From positions 1 to 64,000 of IMG/VR virus record IMGVR_UViG_3300029448_000003: 64,000 nt of DNA. One strand, 5' to 3'. The DNA comes from a virus. The translations under genes were made by a program, and so were the position numbers. The notes below the pieces were generated by a model, which was not told where the DNA came from, did no database searches, and saw only the letters and a program-made list of their open reading frames with translations. Shown in pieces: positions 28,990 through 39,879 of the stretch. Every line of letters begins with the position of its first letter. Position 1 is the stretch's first letter.

Positions 28990-31250
28990 GTTTTTTAAAG
29001 TTTGCAGGTGGATTTGCTAGAGGTGCATCCCAAGAAATGGATGAGCGTGACCAAAGGTCAAAGTTAATTGCTGATAGAGCAGTACAACGTTATCTAAATA
29101 AATACGATGAGTGGGAAAAGAATTATAATACAGATGTTAAAGACTATAAAAAGGCTGATACTCAATTAAAATCTGATGCATCTTTTTTAAGTGATGAGCA
29201 AAGAGAAATGGTTCTTGCCGCAGGTCCAGATGGTGTGACTAAATTTTTGGCAGCACTTAAAAGTGATTATACTAAACAACAAAATGCATATCTTGCTAAA
29301 CCTAAAACAGTTGGAAGACCGGGAACTATAGAAAAAAGACCTGCGTTTGACTACACACCTGAAATGAAAGAAGCATTTGTTAATAGAACTTTTACACGTA
29401 CTAATGAATACCTAGAAGCAAAGAAGAATGGTAATCTAGATACACAAATGTATTTAGCAAAAGATTTAGACACACAAGCAAAACTATATGCTCAAGACTT
29501 AAATCCATTTACACCACTAGATAGAGATATTGATGTGATGACAAAGACAATGGAAGAACAATCAGGTGGCATTGGAGTTCCAGTACAATATGTACAGTCT
29601 CAAGTTAGAACACAACTTGCTAATCTTGGTGTAACAAATCCTGAAGTTATAGAGGGAACACTAGGTGGTGGATTAGGTTATAATGCTCCTATATATGAGG
29701 TTATGACTACAAAAGAAATGATACAAAATAAAATGAACTTTCTAAGTATGGTTAATACAGAGACAGACCTAGAGATAAAGAAAGAAGATTATAAATGGAT
29801 GCAAAAACTAAAGCCACTTGAATTTAGTTTACTAAATAAACAAATAAGAAATGCTAATACTCAAGAAGATATAAATCAAATAAGAATACAATCTGAAAAG
29901 ATAGAACTTGAGTATAATAAAATTTTAAAAAGTAAAGATTATGCAACAAAAATAAAGGATTTAGATTTAAGTATTAGAGAACAGCAATTTAATATTAATG
30001 AAGCACAAGAAAAAAGAGCCGTATCTGAATTTAATTCCACTGAAATAGATAGAATATATAATACAGCGTTAGCTACATCAGCTGCATTAACAGTGGAGAT
30101 AGAGCAACTTGCCACAAACCCTAATTCAAACATGGAAGCAATTAAAGAAAAAAGATTACAACTTGCTAACGCTAGAGAAATAATTAAGTCGGTAACAGTA
30201 ACTAAATTATTTGTAGATAATTATGGACAAGATGCTCTTCAAAACGAAACAGATTTAAATGAATATCTTAGTACTCAAGTAGAAGAAAAATTACAAGAAA
30301 GTTTTCACAATACTGCCGAATCAGAAATTACAAACATGGATGGAGCTACTCCTGTAACAACTACAACAGCAAATCCATACTTTATGGTGCGAGATGCAAA
30401 TGGTGAAATGAGAAATGTTTACAAGAATGAAGATACACGGGAATACCAAGAGATAAGAAACAACATAGTAAAAGAAGTTGAGTATGAATTTTTAGCTAGA
30501 TTTGCTAACATATCTGAAGATGGTAAAACAGTAGAGATTAAAGAAGAACATCAATTTAATGAATCGTTAGTAGCAAAAGTACAACAAGTTGCTAGAAAGT
30601 TTATTGGTGAAGGAAATCTTATAGATTTAAATGAGTTTAAAGATAGTCTTATTACATCTAAGATAGATGACTTAGGACCTATTGTTAAACAAATGATTTT
30701 TAATAATGAAAATAAAACAGAAGTAGTAGAAGAGCTAGATACATTTACAAATAATCATAGCGATAGTATAAGGGTATATGATATTTTAAAAATAGATGTA
30801 GAAAGAGAAAGAGAAAAAGGTCAGTTCGGACCTTCAGAAATAATAACTCAGGCAGAGAAAAAAGATGAAGATACTACTATTGCTCAAACTGTACCAAAAA
30901 ACACTAACCTAATAGATAAAGATGAGTTAACTGCATTTCAAAATGATGTAAGAAATCTTTTTGCAGAAAATAACATTGCTACAGCCGTAAGTAGAATTAG
31001 AACAGCGTTAGCTACAGGTTCAGATGGTACTCTTGGTGTTTCTCCGTTGGCTAGATTATATGGGTATTTTGCAGATAATAAAGAAGAGCAAGAGATGAGG
31101 GCTAAAAATAAAGTAGCCTTTGATTGGTGGAACTCTAACAAATCTTCATCACATTTTTTAGATGAAGCTACAAAGGAAGAGTTTGAAGATGCTATCAACG
31201 ACCCAATTAATTACTACTATAATAAGATAGCTACAAAAGAGCAAGAATAA
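28986..31250 (+). CDS. Internal virion / ejection protein
   Basis: 754 aa, N-terminal FAGGFARG, coiled coil. Confidence 0.65.
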   Translation: MSFLKFAGGFARGASQEMDERDQRSKLIADRAVQRYLNKYDEWEKNYNTDVKDYKKADTQLKSDASFLSDEQREMVLAAGPDGVTKFLAALKSDYTKQQNAYLAKPKTVGRPGTIEKRPAFDYTPEMKEAFVNRTFTRTNEYLEAKKNGNLDTQMYLAKDLDTQAKLYAQDLNPFTPLDRDIDVMTKTMEEQSGGIGVPVQYVQSQVRTQLANLGVTNPEVIEGTLGGGLGYNAPIYEVMTTKEMIQNKMNFLSMVNTETDLEIKKEDYKWMQKLKPLEFSLLNKQIRNANTQEDINQIRIQSEKIELEYNKILKSKDYATKIKDLDLSIREQQFNINEAQEKRAVSEFNSTEIDRIYNTALATSAALTVEIEQLATNPNSNMEAIKEKRLQLANAREIIKSVTVTKLFVDNYGQDALQNETDLNEYLSTQVEEKLQESFHNTAESEITNMDGATPVTTTTANPYFMVRDANGEMRNVYKNEDTREYQEIRNNIVKEVEYEFLARFANISEDGKTVEIKEEHQFNESLVAKVQQVARKFIGEGNLIDLNEFKDSLITSKIDDLGPIVKQMIFNNENKTEVVEELDTFTNNHSDSIRVYDILKIDVEREREKGQFGPSEIITQAEKKDEDTTIAQTVPKNTNLIDKDELTAFQNDVRNLFAENNIATAVSRIRTALATGSDGTLGVSPLARLYGYFADNKEEQEMRAKNKVAFDWWNSNKSSSHFLDEATKEEFEDAINDPINYYYNKIATKEQE

Positions 31251-31251
31251 T

Positions 31252-34200
31252 ATGGGAGCATTGTTAGATAAATATCTAGGAAAAACTACAGAGTCACAGA
31301 CACCTCTTATTAATTCATATAAGATGAAACAGTCATCTAATCTTTACAGTGATAAGCCTATATCAAGTATAGGAGAATGGGCAAATGACGATGAGCGTAT
31401 GGGTAGGTTGTCTACCTATATGACATCTCGCTTTGGAGAGAATGGTGACAAAAGAGAGAATGAATCAAACGAAGACTATGTTAAAAGATTTCTAACACAT
31501 ATGCGTAAGATGGAGTTTAATAGTATAGGTATTATGGGTCAGATAGACTACTTACGTGGAGCAGATGAAGAAAAGCGTAGACGTTTTGGTTCTCTTATGG
31601 ATGACTATAACAGCCTTCCCGGAATGGGGAAACAAGGTGGTGATACTGTAGCTAAAACTACTTGGGATGTTACAAAAGCAATAGCACTTGACCCTATTAA
31701 TCTTTTAGGTTTTGGATTTGCAAAACTTGGAACTGCTTTAGTAGGAAGAGTAGCTGCTAAAGAAGGATTAAAAAGATTTATACCTAAGAATGCTATGAGT
31801 AAATCCATGTTTAAAAAACTTCCTGCCATTAAGGGTGCAACCGGTGGTGCAACTATTGGTGCTATTGATAGTGCAATGTATAATTTAGGTGGGCAAGAGA
31901 TAACAAGAAAATCCTATGCAACAGACATATATACAGGTGAACAAAAAACACCAGAGTCTGAGATTGATATGGCATCTGTAGCATTTGATACTGTACTAGG
32001 TGCAGGTATAGGTGGTGCTTTTGGTGCAGGTATTGGTACTTTAGTAGGGAAACAAGCTAGGAAAAGTAAATACAAATCTATCTTACAGCAACGTGCTAAC
32101 AGAGCAATGGATGATGCAGACAATGAAGCTACGGATGCAATCAAAGGACCTATCACAGATGCAGAAAGAAACTGGCTAAATGGTTTAGAAAAGTATGACC
32201 CTAAAAAAGGTAAGGATATACTACAGCAACAGATTAAAGTAGGTAAGAATGCTTATGTAGATGCAAGAGTATTACTAGATGTAAGTAGAAAGATGGTTAA
32301 GGTTGTTGAAAATGTTACAAGAGAGCAAGCTGCTATTGGTGCTCCTATTACTCTTATAACACGAACAGCTAACAATCAGAAGGTAAGTGATACAGTTTTT
32401 AATATTATTAATAATGTTGATACTATAGATAAAGATGTATTACAAAAAGCCTTACGTAAAAGTAAGGTAAAAGAAAAGAATTTCTTAGAGTTCCTTGCAA
32501 GTAATGAAGAGTTTGCACATGCTCAAAAGAAATCTCTTAGTGATGCAGCTAAAGAGATGGCAGGGTATAGTAATCTAGGTAAGTTGAAAAAACAATTACT
32601 AGAGATAGACCCAAGTATTAAGAAAAGAATGGAAGAATTATTTGGTGAAACAGATGATGTAACAAGTAATATAGGTTCATTTTATAAAATGTTTCAACGT
32701 CTTGATAGAGAACGTAGAGCATTGATGGTGACACAGGTAGCTACAACTGCACGTAACGTTGCTACAGGTTTAGCTGTAATTACTTTTGAAACACTTGCCA
32801 ATACATTAGAGTCTACCATAATGCATGGTGGTAAAGCATTTAAATCTTTATTAACAGAGGGTGGTTCAAGTAAAGGATTTCAAAAGGGATTAGAAAATTG
32901 GACAAAGGATAGCTTTGGTCTTATAGAATTATTAGCTAGACAAAATAAATCAGGTGAAATGTCTCAGCTAATGTTGAAAGATAACCCTCGTCTTAACAGT
33001 ATACTGTTTCGTCAGCTTCAAGAGGTTGGAGCAGATGAAGTTCAAACACTATCTTCTTTTAGTAAGATGATGAACATTTTAAATATAACACAAGATGCTG
33101 TATTTAGAAGAGCTTTCTTTTCATATGACATGGATAAGAAACTACGTAGGGCAGGTTATTCTTTTGAAGATATGGCTACTGAAGGTAAAGGTTTAACAGT
33201 TAAAGAAATGCGTGGTAGTATGGAGTATGCATTAAAGAATACTTTTGCTATGATGCCAAGAAGTGGACCAGCCTATCACTTTGTAAAGTTTGTTGAATCA
33301 TTTCCAATGGTCCCAGTAATTGGTACAGGTGAATTTCCTTTCGCAAGATTTATGGCAAACGCAATGGCATTTCAATTAAAGTATAGTCCATTGAATGGTG
33401 CTTATGGATTGTATCAAGGTTCAGTAGCAACTGTAATGAAAGGATTGGGAAAAGAAGTTAGTCCTGCACAATGGTTAGAAGTTAGGGATAGACTATCAAA
33501 AGGTATGGTAGGTACAGCAGCTCTTATGTCAGCCATTCATTATAGAGAAAAGAATCAAGACACAGAGTGGTATAATATAAAGGCATCAGATGGTAGAACA
33601 ATTGACATGCGACCATTCTTTCCTGCCGCACCATACTTTATTGTAGCAGATATGATTGTCAAAGAGGGCAATGGTGAGCTTGATAAGATGTCAGGTAGAG
33701 ATTTTATTGATGGGTTTACTGGTGCTCAGTTTAGAGCAGGAGCTGCATCATATACTGTGGATAAGTTTTATGAGATAATGGGTTCAGAAGAAGGACTAGA
33801 AGGTGTAAGTGGTGAGAGATTAGGAGAGCTTGTTGGTGGATATGTTGGTGAGTTAACTGGTGGTTATCTAACTCCTCTTCGTGTTACTAAAGATATAGTT
33901 GCTGCCTTTGATGAAGAAGAAGCTATTGTTAGAGACTCGTCTATGGTAGAGGGACAAGGATGGAAAGAACGTGGTGTTCATGCCTTTCTAAATAAAATAC
34001 AAAAGGGTGTTCCTTTTTGGTCACAATCAATGCCTGAGTTTGAATCTCCTGTAAGAGGAGATAAGGCAATGACACAATCTCCTATACTTGGACAGATGTT
34101 AGGTCTACGATTTAGAGAACGTGCTAACCCAGCTGAATCTGAACTAGTAAGACTAGGGTATAAAACCTTTGAGATTCAACCTTCAACAGGTGATAAAGCT

Positions 34201-34575
34201 GCAGATATGTATGTTAAACGTGAGCTAGGTCCTCTTGTAGAAACATATATTGGTAACTTAATTGAGTCAGACCAATATAAAAATGCATCAGAGCCAAAGA
34301 AACTTGCTCTTGCTAAAAACTATTTGAAAGAGTTACGTTCTATTGCAAAAGAGTTTGGAGCATTCAATGCTAAACAAGATGCTCAAATAGAAGGGAAAGC
34401 CTTTACTCCATTTGATAGAACACAATGGCTAAGACTTCCCCGTAATGCACGTAAACTAGCTAATCAATGGTTTAAGAAAAAGAACAATGGTAAAACTGTA
34501 GAAGAGCTAGGTCAATATAGAAAGGGAGCTTATATAGGAAGACTCCTTGCTAGGAAACCACAGCTATCAAAGTAG
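31252..34575 (+). CDS. Large internal virion / ejection protein
   Basis: 1107 aa, DPINLLG + G/A-rich membrane-like segment, FPFARF; last late gene. Confidence 0.7.
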   Translation: MGALLDKYLGKTTESQTPLINSYKMKQSSNLYSDKPISSIGEWANDDERMGRLSTYMTSRFGENGDKRENESNEDYVKRFLTHMRKMEFNSIGIMGQIDYLRGADEEKRRRFGSLMDDYNSLPGMGKQGGDTVAKTTWDVTKAIALDPINLLGFGFAKLGTALVGRVAAKEGLKRFIPKNAMSKSMFKKLPAIKGATGGATIGAIDSAMYNLGGQEITRKSYATDIYTGEQKTPESEIDMASVAFDTVLGAGIGGAFGAGIGTLVGKQARKSKYKSILQQRANRAMDDADNEATDAIKGPITDAERNWLNGLEKYDPKKGKDILQQQIKVGKNAYVDARVLLDVSRKMVKVVENVTREQAAIGAPITLITRTANNQKVSDTVFNIINNVDTIDKDVLQKALRKSKVKEKNFLEFLASNEEFAHAQKKSLSDAAKEMAGYSNLGKLKKQLLEIDPSIKKRMEELFGETDDVTSNIGSFYKMFQRLDRERRALMVTQVATTARNVATGLAVITFETLANTLESTIMHGGKAFKSLLTEGGSSKGFQKGLENWTKDSFGLIELLARQNKSGEMSQLMLKDNPRLNSILFRQLQEVGADEVQTLSSFSKMMNILNITQDAVFRRAFFSYDMDKKLRRAGYSFEDMATEGKGLTVKEMRGSMEYALKNTFAMMPRSGPAYHFVKFVESFPMVPVIGTGEFPFARFMANAMAFQLKYSPLNGAYGLYQGSVATVMKGLGKEVSPAQWLEVRDRLSKGMVGTAALMSAIHYREKNQDTEWYNIKASDGRTIDMRPFFPAAPYFIVADMIVKEGNGELDKMSGRDFIDGFTGAQFRAGAASYTVDKFYEIMGSEEGLEGVSGERLGELVGGYVGELTGGYLTPLRVTKDIVAAFDEEEAIVRDSSMVEGQGWKERGVHAFLNKIQKGVPFWSQSMPEFESPVRGDKAMTQSPILGQMLGLRFRERANPAESELVRLGYKTFEIQPSTGDKAADMYVKRELGPLVETYIGNLIESDQYKNASEPKKLALAKNYLKELRSIAKEFGAFNAKQDAQIEGKAFTPFDRTQWLRLPRNARKLANQWFKKKNNGKTVEELGQYRKGAYIGRLLARKPQLSK

Positions 34576-34588
34576 GTAGTACTACCTA
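34573..34588. terminator. Perfect palindrome at convergence of the two transcription units
   Basis: TAGGTAGTACTACCTA containing both stop codons. Confidence 0.5.
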
Positions 34589-34956
34589 TTATCTCCACTA
34601 CCACCTAACACACCTCTTTTCTTTCTAGACTGTAATTTTTCTAAATTGTTTTCCATTATCTTACCCAAATCAGAATCTAAGTAATCAGCTAACATAGCAC
34701 AGTACCATAACACATCACCTATTTCATTTGGTAAATCAGTTTTCCAATTAGAAGATGGTATATTATCCCTAATAATTTTCTTTATTTTATTGGCAATCTC
34801 GCCAGACTCCCCCACCAAACCTAACGATAAATATTCTAAGGCTTTATCTCTTGGAAATATTGCAGTCTCTTTTGCTTTTGATTGATACGTACTTGCCATA
34901 ATAGTGCTTTTGTTTTTATTTTCCATAAATTTATTTACTTCTTCCTCTAGTTTCAT
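34582..34956 (-). CDS. mazG: MazG-like nucleotide pyrophosphohydrolase
   Basis: LGLVGESGEIANKIKK...EIGDVLWY...NLEKLQSR...GSGDNR. Confidence 0.9.
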   Translation of the reverse strand: MKLEEEVNKFMENKNKSTIMASTYQSKAKETAIFPRDKALEYLSLGLVGESGEIANKIKKIIRDNIPSSNWKTDLPNEIGDVLWYCAMLADYLDSDLGKIMENNLEKLQSRKKRGVLGGSGDNR

Positions 34957-35143
34957 AGTGTTTAACCTTTTTGAGTTGGGCATAAAATGCCGAATCAAAT
35001 CCTCGTTGCCATTCTCTATGTTGCATAGTGTTTAAATGGTAAGGTGTTCTTGTATAGCCACGATAGAATGCACCTCTACCCTTGTTAAATTGGATAGGTA
35101 AAGGTGCATCGTATTTAGACAGTCCGTACTTACGCTTTGCCAT
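34931..35143 (-). CDS. Hypothetical protein
   Basis: 70 aa, REWQRGF motif; overlapping neighbours. Confidence 0.65.
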   Translation of the reverse strand: MAKRKYGLSKYDAPLPIQFNKGRGAFYRGYTRTPYHLNTMQHREWQRGFDSAFYAQLKKVKHYETRGRSK

Positions 35144-35387
35144 CTTTTTTCTCTTCGGCTTTAGGTTCAGCAGGTGGTTGAAAGTATCGTTGAATACAGC
35201 CTATCTTATCATGGTAGTCTGCTATCTTACCCAACTCTACTTCAATGGCTTCTTGAATATCTTGGTGATTGTCAGCGACACCACCTATGCCAGCAGGATT
35301 AGTAAGCAATACTTCTACGTTAGCTACGTGTTTGTTTAGCATACCTGTGTAGTATGCTAATTGTGCGTTAAGCAATAATTTTCTCAT
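35130..35387 (-). CDS. Conserved phage hypothetical protein
   Basis: HVANVEVLLTNPAGIG...HQDIQEAIE.EL. Confidence 0.7.
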   Translation of the reverse strand: MRKLLLNAQLAYYTGMLNKHVANVEVLLTNPAGIGGVADNHQDIQEAIEVELGKIADYHDKIGCIQRYFQPPAEPKAEEKKDGKA

Positions 35388-35808
35388 TTGTTTTTCCTTT
35401 CTCTGAAAATGCTTTTATTACGTCTGATGAAAACAATTGTTTTATATTTAGTAGATACATCTTAGATGCTAGATGGTCTCCACCACGAACTGTTTTCTTA
35501 TAATCTAAATTGTTAATAATAGATTTTAGATTATCTGTTTTAAAGACAAGAGTTGCAAATGTATCTTCACCAATGCATAGGTTATGAAACCAATAGTCTG
35601 CTTCCGTACTACTGATGCCACTTGGTTTTCCATAAGACTCATACTCAATTGCAATATTGCCAGTCTTTTGCCATATATCTCTTTCACTTTTTACCTCAAT
35701 CTTTTTATCTTGTAACATATCTAATATTAATTTTTCCCGTACTTGTCCATACTGTAAATCAATATCAAACTTTTTTCTATCCTCTGTTTTGGGTTGCGTT
35801 GTATTCAT
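35368..35808 (-). CDS. PD-(D/E)XK-like conserved phage protein
   Basis: FDIDL..G...E; IEVKSE; TGNIAIE; PSGI..TEADYW. Confidence 0.6.
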   Translation of the reverse strand: MNTTQPKTEDRKKFDIDLQYGQVREKLILDMLQDKKIEVKSERDIWQKTGNIAIEYESYGKPSGISSTEADYWFHNLCIGEDTFATLVFKTDNLKSIINNLDYKKTVRGGDHLASKMYLLNIKQLFSSDVIKAFSEKGKTNEKIIA

Positions 35809-35809
35809 A

Positions 35810-37732
35810 TTAACTCCTTTCTAAATCAACGACTTCACATACACCTGCAGTACAAGCTAGTTCCTTGTGACCTGTAGTGTTATCGTCTTTTTCGTAGTTA
35901 GATAGTTTAGACCAATCAATATCACTTGTTGGCATTGCTTTAAGAAACTTCGTGTACTCTTCTTTTGAAATTTCTTGGTATGGTGCTTGTGCATATGTAT
36001 GGTCACTGTGTGGTAAAAAACTAATGCCTGAAATATCATCAAAGTTTTTATACACCCAAGCTCCTACATCTAACCATTCATTATCTCTTACAGTTATTGT
36101 AACAGATGGTTTATGCTCACACCAATGCTCTTGATATACCTTCCATATTTCTAAATGTTCTATGGCTGATAATTCATTTCTTGTAATTGCACCCTTTGGT
36201 GCTTTCATTGGAAAGCTGAAGACAGTTGTACTGTCAGGCTTTGTAATGTCAGGTTCGTTTGGAATACCTTCGTCTTTCATTAACTGTGTTAGTGGGTCTT
36301 TGTTATCAGCACGAACAGTACGTATGTAGTATTTACTATGTCGAGGATGAATACCACTTGCACTATCCACAAGCTGCGAAACTGTTCCACTAGGTTTAAC
36401 ACAAGTAATAGCTGTTGATTGGTTAATGCCAAACTTTTCTGCCCATATTTTATTTGTTTCGACTGCTGTTTGTTTTAACTCTTCTAAAAGTTTTGGTACA
36501 GTTTTAAGATTATACATGCTAACATTATCCATTATACCGGTAAGTGAAACACCTAACAAACGTTCTTCTACTGTGTTGTGTTGCCATATCTTACGTAGGT
36601 ATTTGAAATCTGTTAATGTAGATTGATACGTACCCAGTATTGTAGCTATCTTTATTTTATCCTTTATCATTTCAATTGTATCATCACTACGAACAACTAC
36701 TTCAGTAAGGTTACAGAATTGGCTAGGTCTTAGTATGATTTCGGAACAAGGGTTACACCCAAACTCATGGGCTGTATCTCGTCTACCTGATTTACCAGCT
36801 TGTTTCAATGCTGAACTTCTATTGAAGATACCTCGTTCCCCTGATTTACTTTCAACTAAAGATAACCATTCACGCATAAATGTCTCCATCTGTGGCTTAC
36901 TTTTGTAGGCTACACTATTATTAGACAATGCTCTATGTCCATCTGTCTCCCACCATTGACCAGCTTTTGCGTGTCTCATTTGGTCATCATTTAAATTTGA
37001 AAGACTGATGAGGGCAGAACGTCTTACCCCACCAACGACCACTACCTCACCAATCTTACACATTATGTCATGGCATTCAATAGGATAAAGCCTTCTCCCC
37101 CTTGCATTCTTAAATACCCTAACACAAAACTTATATAAATCTATTAATGGTGCAGGTCCAGATGCCCTACCACCAAACGTTTTTAACCTTGCACCTGCAG
37201 GTCTAACAGCTTCTACATCTAACGTAGGTATCTGACCTACAGATAACATAGCAAGTAACTCTCGTAATGCTCTTGCCCAACCTGAACGTGAGTCTGCAAC
37301 TTTAATTACTGTATTACTCTTTTCAAAATGTTCATTAATTGCAGGTATCTTATCTACATTATAGCGTTCAACACTAAAACCTACACCTGTTCCACACATA
37401 AGAATATACATTGCTTCGTCAAAAGCACGTAGGTCATCTACTACCAAGTAGGAACAATTATAACCTGCAACATTACACTTATCCAATGCTTTACCTGAAG
37501 TCATTAAGGCTCTCATGCTTGGCATAACTTTTAGTGTCTTAATATAATTAGCAATCTTGGGAGTAATATAACTAAGACTATTACTTGTACGAAACAATTT
37601 AGGATACTTGTTAATCATATTGTCAACGTATCTATTGACAGTTTCATCCCAAGTTTCTCTTCTGTTTTCTTCCTCAAGCCACCTTGTGTAGCGTGATGTA
37701 GCTATAAAATTTTGATAATTATCCATCGTCAT
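35810..37732 (-). CDS. nrdJ: Class II (adenosylcobalamin-dependent) ribonucleotide reductase
   Basis: YNCS, NPCSEI, FCNLTE, TCVKPSGTVSQL, C-terminal CTAGVC; no beta-subunit gene seen. Confidence 0.9.
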   Translation of the reverse strand: MTMDNYQNFIATSRYTRWLEEENRRETWDETVNRYVDNMINKYPKLFRTSNSLSYITPKIANYIKTLKVMPSMRALMTSGKALDKCNVAGYNCSYLVVDDLRAFDEAMYILMCGTGVGFSVERYNVDKIPAINEHFEKSNTVIKVADSRSGWARALRELLAMLSVGQIPTLDVEAVRPAGARLKTFGGRASGPAPLIDLYKFCVRVFKNARGRRLYPIECHDIMCKIGEVVVVGGVRRSALISLSNLNDDQMRHAKAGQWWETDGHRALSNNSVAYKSKPQMETFMREWLSLVESKSGERGIFNRSSALKQAGKSGRRDTAHEFGCNPCSEIILRPSQFCNLTEVVVRSDDTIEMIKDKIKIATILGTYQSTLTDFKYLRKIWQHNTVEERLLGVSLTGIMDNVSMYNLKTVPKLLEELKQTAVETNKIWAEKFGINQSTAITCVKPSGTVSQLVDSASGIHPRHSKYYIRTVRADNKDPLTQLMKDEGIPNEPDITKPDSTTVFSFPMKAPKGAITRNELSAIEHLEIWKVYQEHWCEHKPSVTITVRDNEWLDVGAWVYKNFDDISGISFLPHSDHTYAQAPYQEISKEEYTKFLKAMPTSDIDWSKLSNYEKDDNTTGHKELACTAGVCEVVDLERS

Positions 37733-37904
37733 ACTCTCCCTTTTGTTGTGTTATTCTTAATGTTTTAACTTGCATTCCATTAATATCGTGTATATATTCT
37801 CGTAATGCATCTTCAATTTCCTCTCTTACATCGCCATCAGATGGTACAGCATACTCATCCGGGTCAACTAAAATATCTATCCACACTTTAACTTGTATTG
37901 CCAT
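37719..37904 (-). CDS. Hypothetical protein
   Basis: 61 aa, VDPDEYAVPSDG; overlapping neighbours. Confidence 0.65.
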   Translation of the reverse strand: MAIQVKVWIDILVDPDEYAVPSDGDVREEIEDALREYIHDINGMQVKTLRITQQKGEYDDG

Positions 37905-38211
37905 CTTGCTTCTCTATCTCTTGTTCCAATCTAGCTAAGTACCATTTAGCTTTACCTAAATCTTCTAGCTTCTTTCCTTTATAACCATATCTCCATACAT
38001 ACTTTTGTACATTTCCTTTTAAGTAACCACAAAATTCTATATCAGACATGGATGCTTGTATTGCATCTATGCATTCAATGCCGTGTTTATTATAATGTGG
38101 TGGGCTATTAACCATGTCTTCATCTTTTGAAGAAAAGAAATCAATTCCTGTTGTTCTTGTAAACAAGCCATCTACTTTTTTAGTTTTATTCATTATCTTT
38201 TTGTACGACAT
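37888..38211 (-). CDS. DUF3310 / T7 gp1.7-like nucleotide kinase
   Basis: VNSPPHY...IECIDAI...KGNVQKYVWR...EDL.KAKWYL. Confidence 0.85.
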   Translation of the reverse strand: MSYKKIMNKTKKVDGLFTRTTGIDFFSSKDEDMVNSPPHYNKHGIECIDAIQASMSDIEFCGYLKGNVQKYVWRYGYKGKKLEDLGKAKWYLARLEQEIEKQDGNTS

Positions 38212-38212
38212 A

Positions 38213-38569
38213 TTATGCACTCCCTTCTGTTTCTGTTTTAAAATCAATCTTTATTAGATTACCCTCTTTACTTACAACTGTCAACTCTTTTTTAGTATCT
38301 TTGTTTTTTATAGTATCTATGCTTCCATATTCATGTGCTAAATCGTGTACTTCTGCAGCTAAATCTGGATACATCTCTAAAAAAGGTATCATACTTGCCA
38401 TCATACAGCAAAGATTATATACTTGTTTATTATCTGTTGCTCTTAGAGGATTGCTATTAGATGAAAGTATATTAATATTTACTCCACCAGTCCAGCGGTT
38501 TTTGTTTGTAATATCTGGGCGAACTTGTATAAGAAAGTCCTGCGGTTTAATGTGTTTTATATACTCCAT
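38213..38569 (-). CDS. Hypothetical protein
   Basis: 118 aa with RBS; C-terminal GNLIKIDF.T.TEGSA. Confidence 0.65.
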   Translation of the reverse strand: MEYIKHIKPQDFLIQVRPDITNKNRWTGGVNINILSSNSNPLRATDNKQVYNLCCMMASMIPFLEMYPDLAAEVHDLAHEYGSIDTIKNKDTKKELTVVSKEGNLIKIDFKTETEGSA

Positions 38570-38570
38570 A

Positions 38571-39026
38571 CTAACTCCTTTTTATTTTCTTACCTTTAAA
38601 TACAATAAAGGTATCTGTTATGGGCTTACCCTTTTTCTTAATCCAAGATTGTGGTATAACTCTATCAGCATAAGGAATGCCATACTTAATACACCACTCA
38701 CCATATGTAGACTTTGCATTCTTTCGTAACTTTTTGTTACTATTTGTAAACACAAATCTTATGTCTAACTTTGGGTGTTGTTTCTTTATACACATATGTT
38801 TACGTCTATCCATTACTGTAAACAAACCTTTGGTTTCAATAATAATTCCATTATGTAGTATAAAGTCTGGGGTATAGGTGCGATAAGACAAGTCTTCCCA
38901 CTCAATTTTAATAGTTTCATATCCATATGAAATCTTTAAATCGTTTAGGTGGGATGCAACTTGGTCTTCTAAACCACTCCTATACCCATTCTTACGTGCT
39001 AAATAACGAGCACTATATCTAGACAT
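38571..39026 (-). CDS. Endonuclease I (T7 gp3-like resolvase)
   Basis: YRSGLE, YTPDF, IIETKG, LDIRFVF. Confidence 0.9.
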   Translation of the reverse strand: MSRYSARYLARKNGYRSGLEDQVASHLNDLKISYGYETIKIEWEDLSYRTYTPDFILHNGIIIETKGLFTVMDRRKHMCIKKQHPKLDIRFVFTNSNKKLRKNAKSTYGEWCIKYGIPYADRVIPQSWIKKKGKPITDTFIVFKGKKIKRS

Positions 39027-39879
39027 TTTTATATTCTTCTTTTAAATATACATAAGATACAATCTTTGGCTCTTTTGCTTGCGACATAACGGCAGGCTTT
39101 TCTTCTAAACCTTCCCAACATGCATGACGAAAATCGCAGAACGTGCAACTCTTACCTAATACTTTATTCCCAGTAAGTTTACCTCTGAATGTTTCATCTA
39201 CAGCATCAAAGCATCTTTCAAATTTATTCTTATCAAGACGTTCAAACTTATCTTTTAATACAGTATATTCTTTTTTAATGTCAAGTTCTTTTGCAGAAAC
39301 ATATTTAAACTCTGCATTATTTTTATTGATAACCCACCAGCCACCAACATTTTTCTTGGATGCTTTAGCATACCCAGCTAACTGTCCTACGTAACCAAAG
39401 CTATCTCCATCTTTTACTGTTTCAAAGTCTCTAAACTTATTTGTGTAAGACCACGTAGATGCAGATTTAATATCGTCTACATGGTCATCTATTACAAGGT
39501 CATACGTTCCTTTTATCTTATTACCTTTGACGTTAAGGGATACTTCCTTACTATCGGTATATGATACACCAGCTTCAGTTAGTACACCCTTAAAAACAGC
39601 TTCAACAATATCACCCAGCATCATAAGCATTACACGATTAGCTGATGGTCTTATTGCAGTCTCTGGTCTATTCTTTTGAAACCATAGTTGACAGTAAGGT
39701 CTGCCGATATTTGACATACGTAATCGAAACTTCTCTTCTCTAGGAGAGAATTGTTTCTTTAATGCATCACGTATGTGAGACACAACCTGTTCGATTGTGT
39801 CATCACTCATACCGACAAGACCCCTTGTCGCTTTATCAAGGTAACTGTATACCTGTAATTCAGCTTTAGATGAAGCCAT
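39019..39879 (-). CDS. Cas4-like PD-(D/E)XK exonuclease
   Basis: LRMSNIGRPYCQLW, G.YD, DIKS, GY.GQL, C..C.F...CW. Confidence 0.8.
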   Translation of the reverse strand: MASSKAELQVYSYLDKATRGLVGMSDDTIEQVVSHIRDALKKQFSPREEKFRLRMSNIGRPYCQLWFQKNRPETAIRPSANRVMLMMLGDIVEAVFKGVLTEAGVSYTDSKEVSLNVKGNKIKGTYDLVIDDHVDDIKSASTWSYTNKFRDFETVKDGDSFGYVGQLAGYAKASKKNVGGWWVINKNNAEFKYVSAKELDIKKEYTVLKDKFERLDKNKFERCFDAVDETFRGKLTGNKVLGKSCTFCDFRHACWEGLEEKPAVMSQAKEPKIVSYVYLKEEYKNV

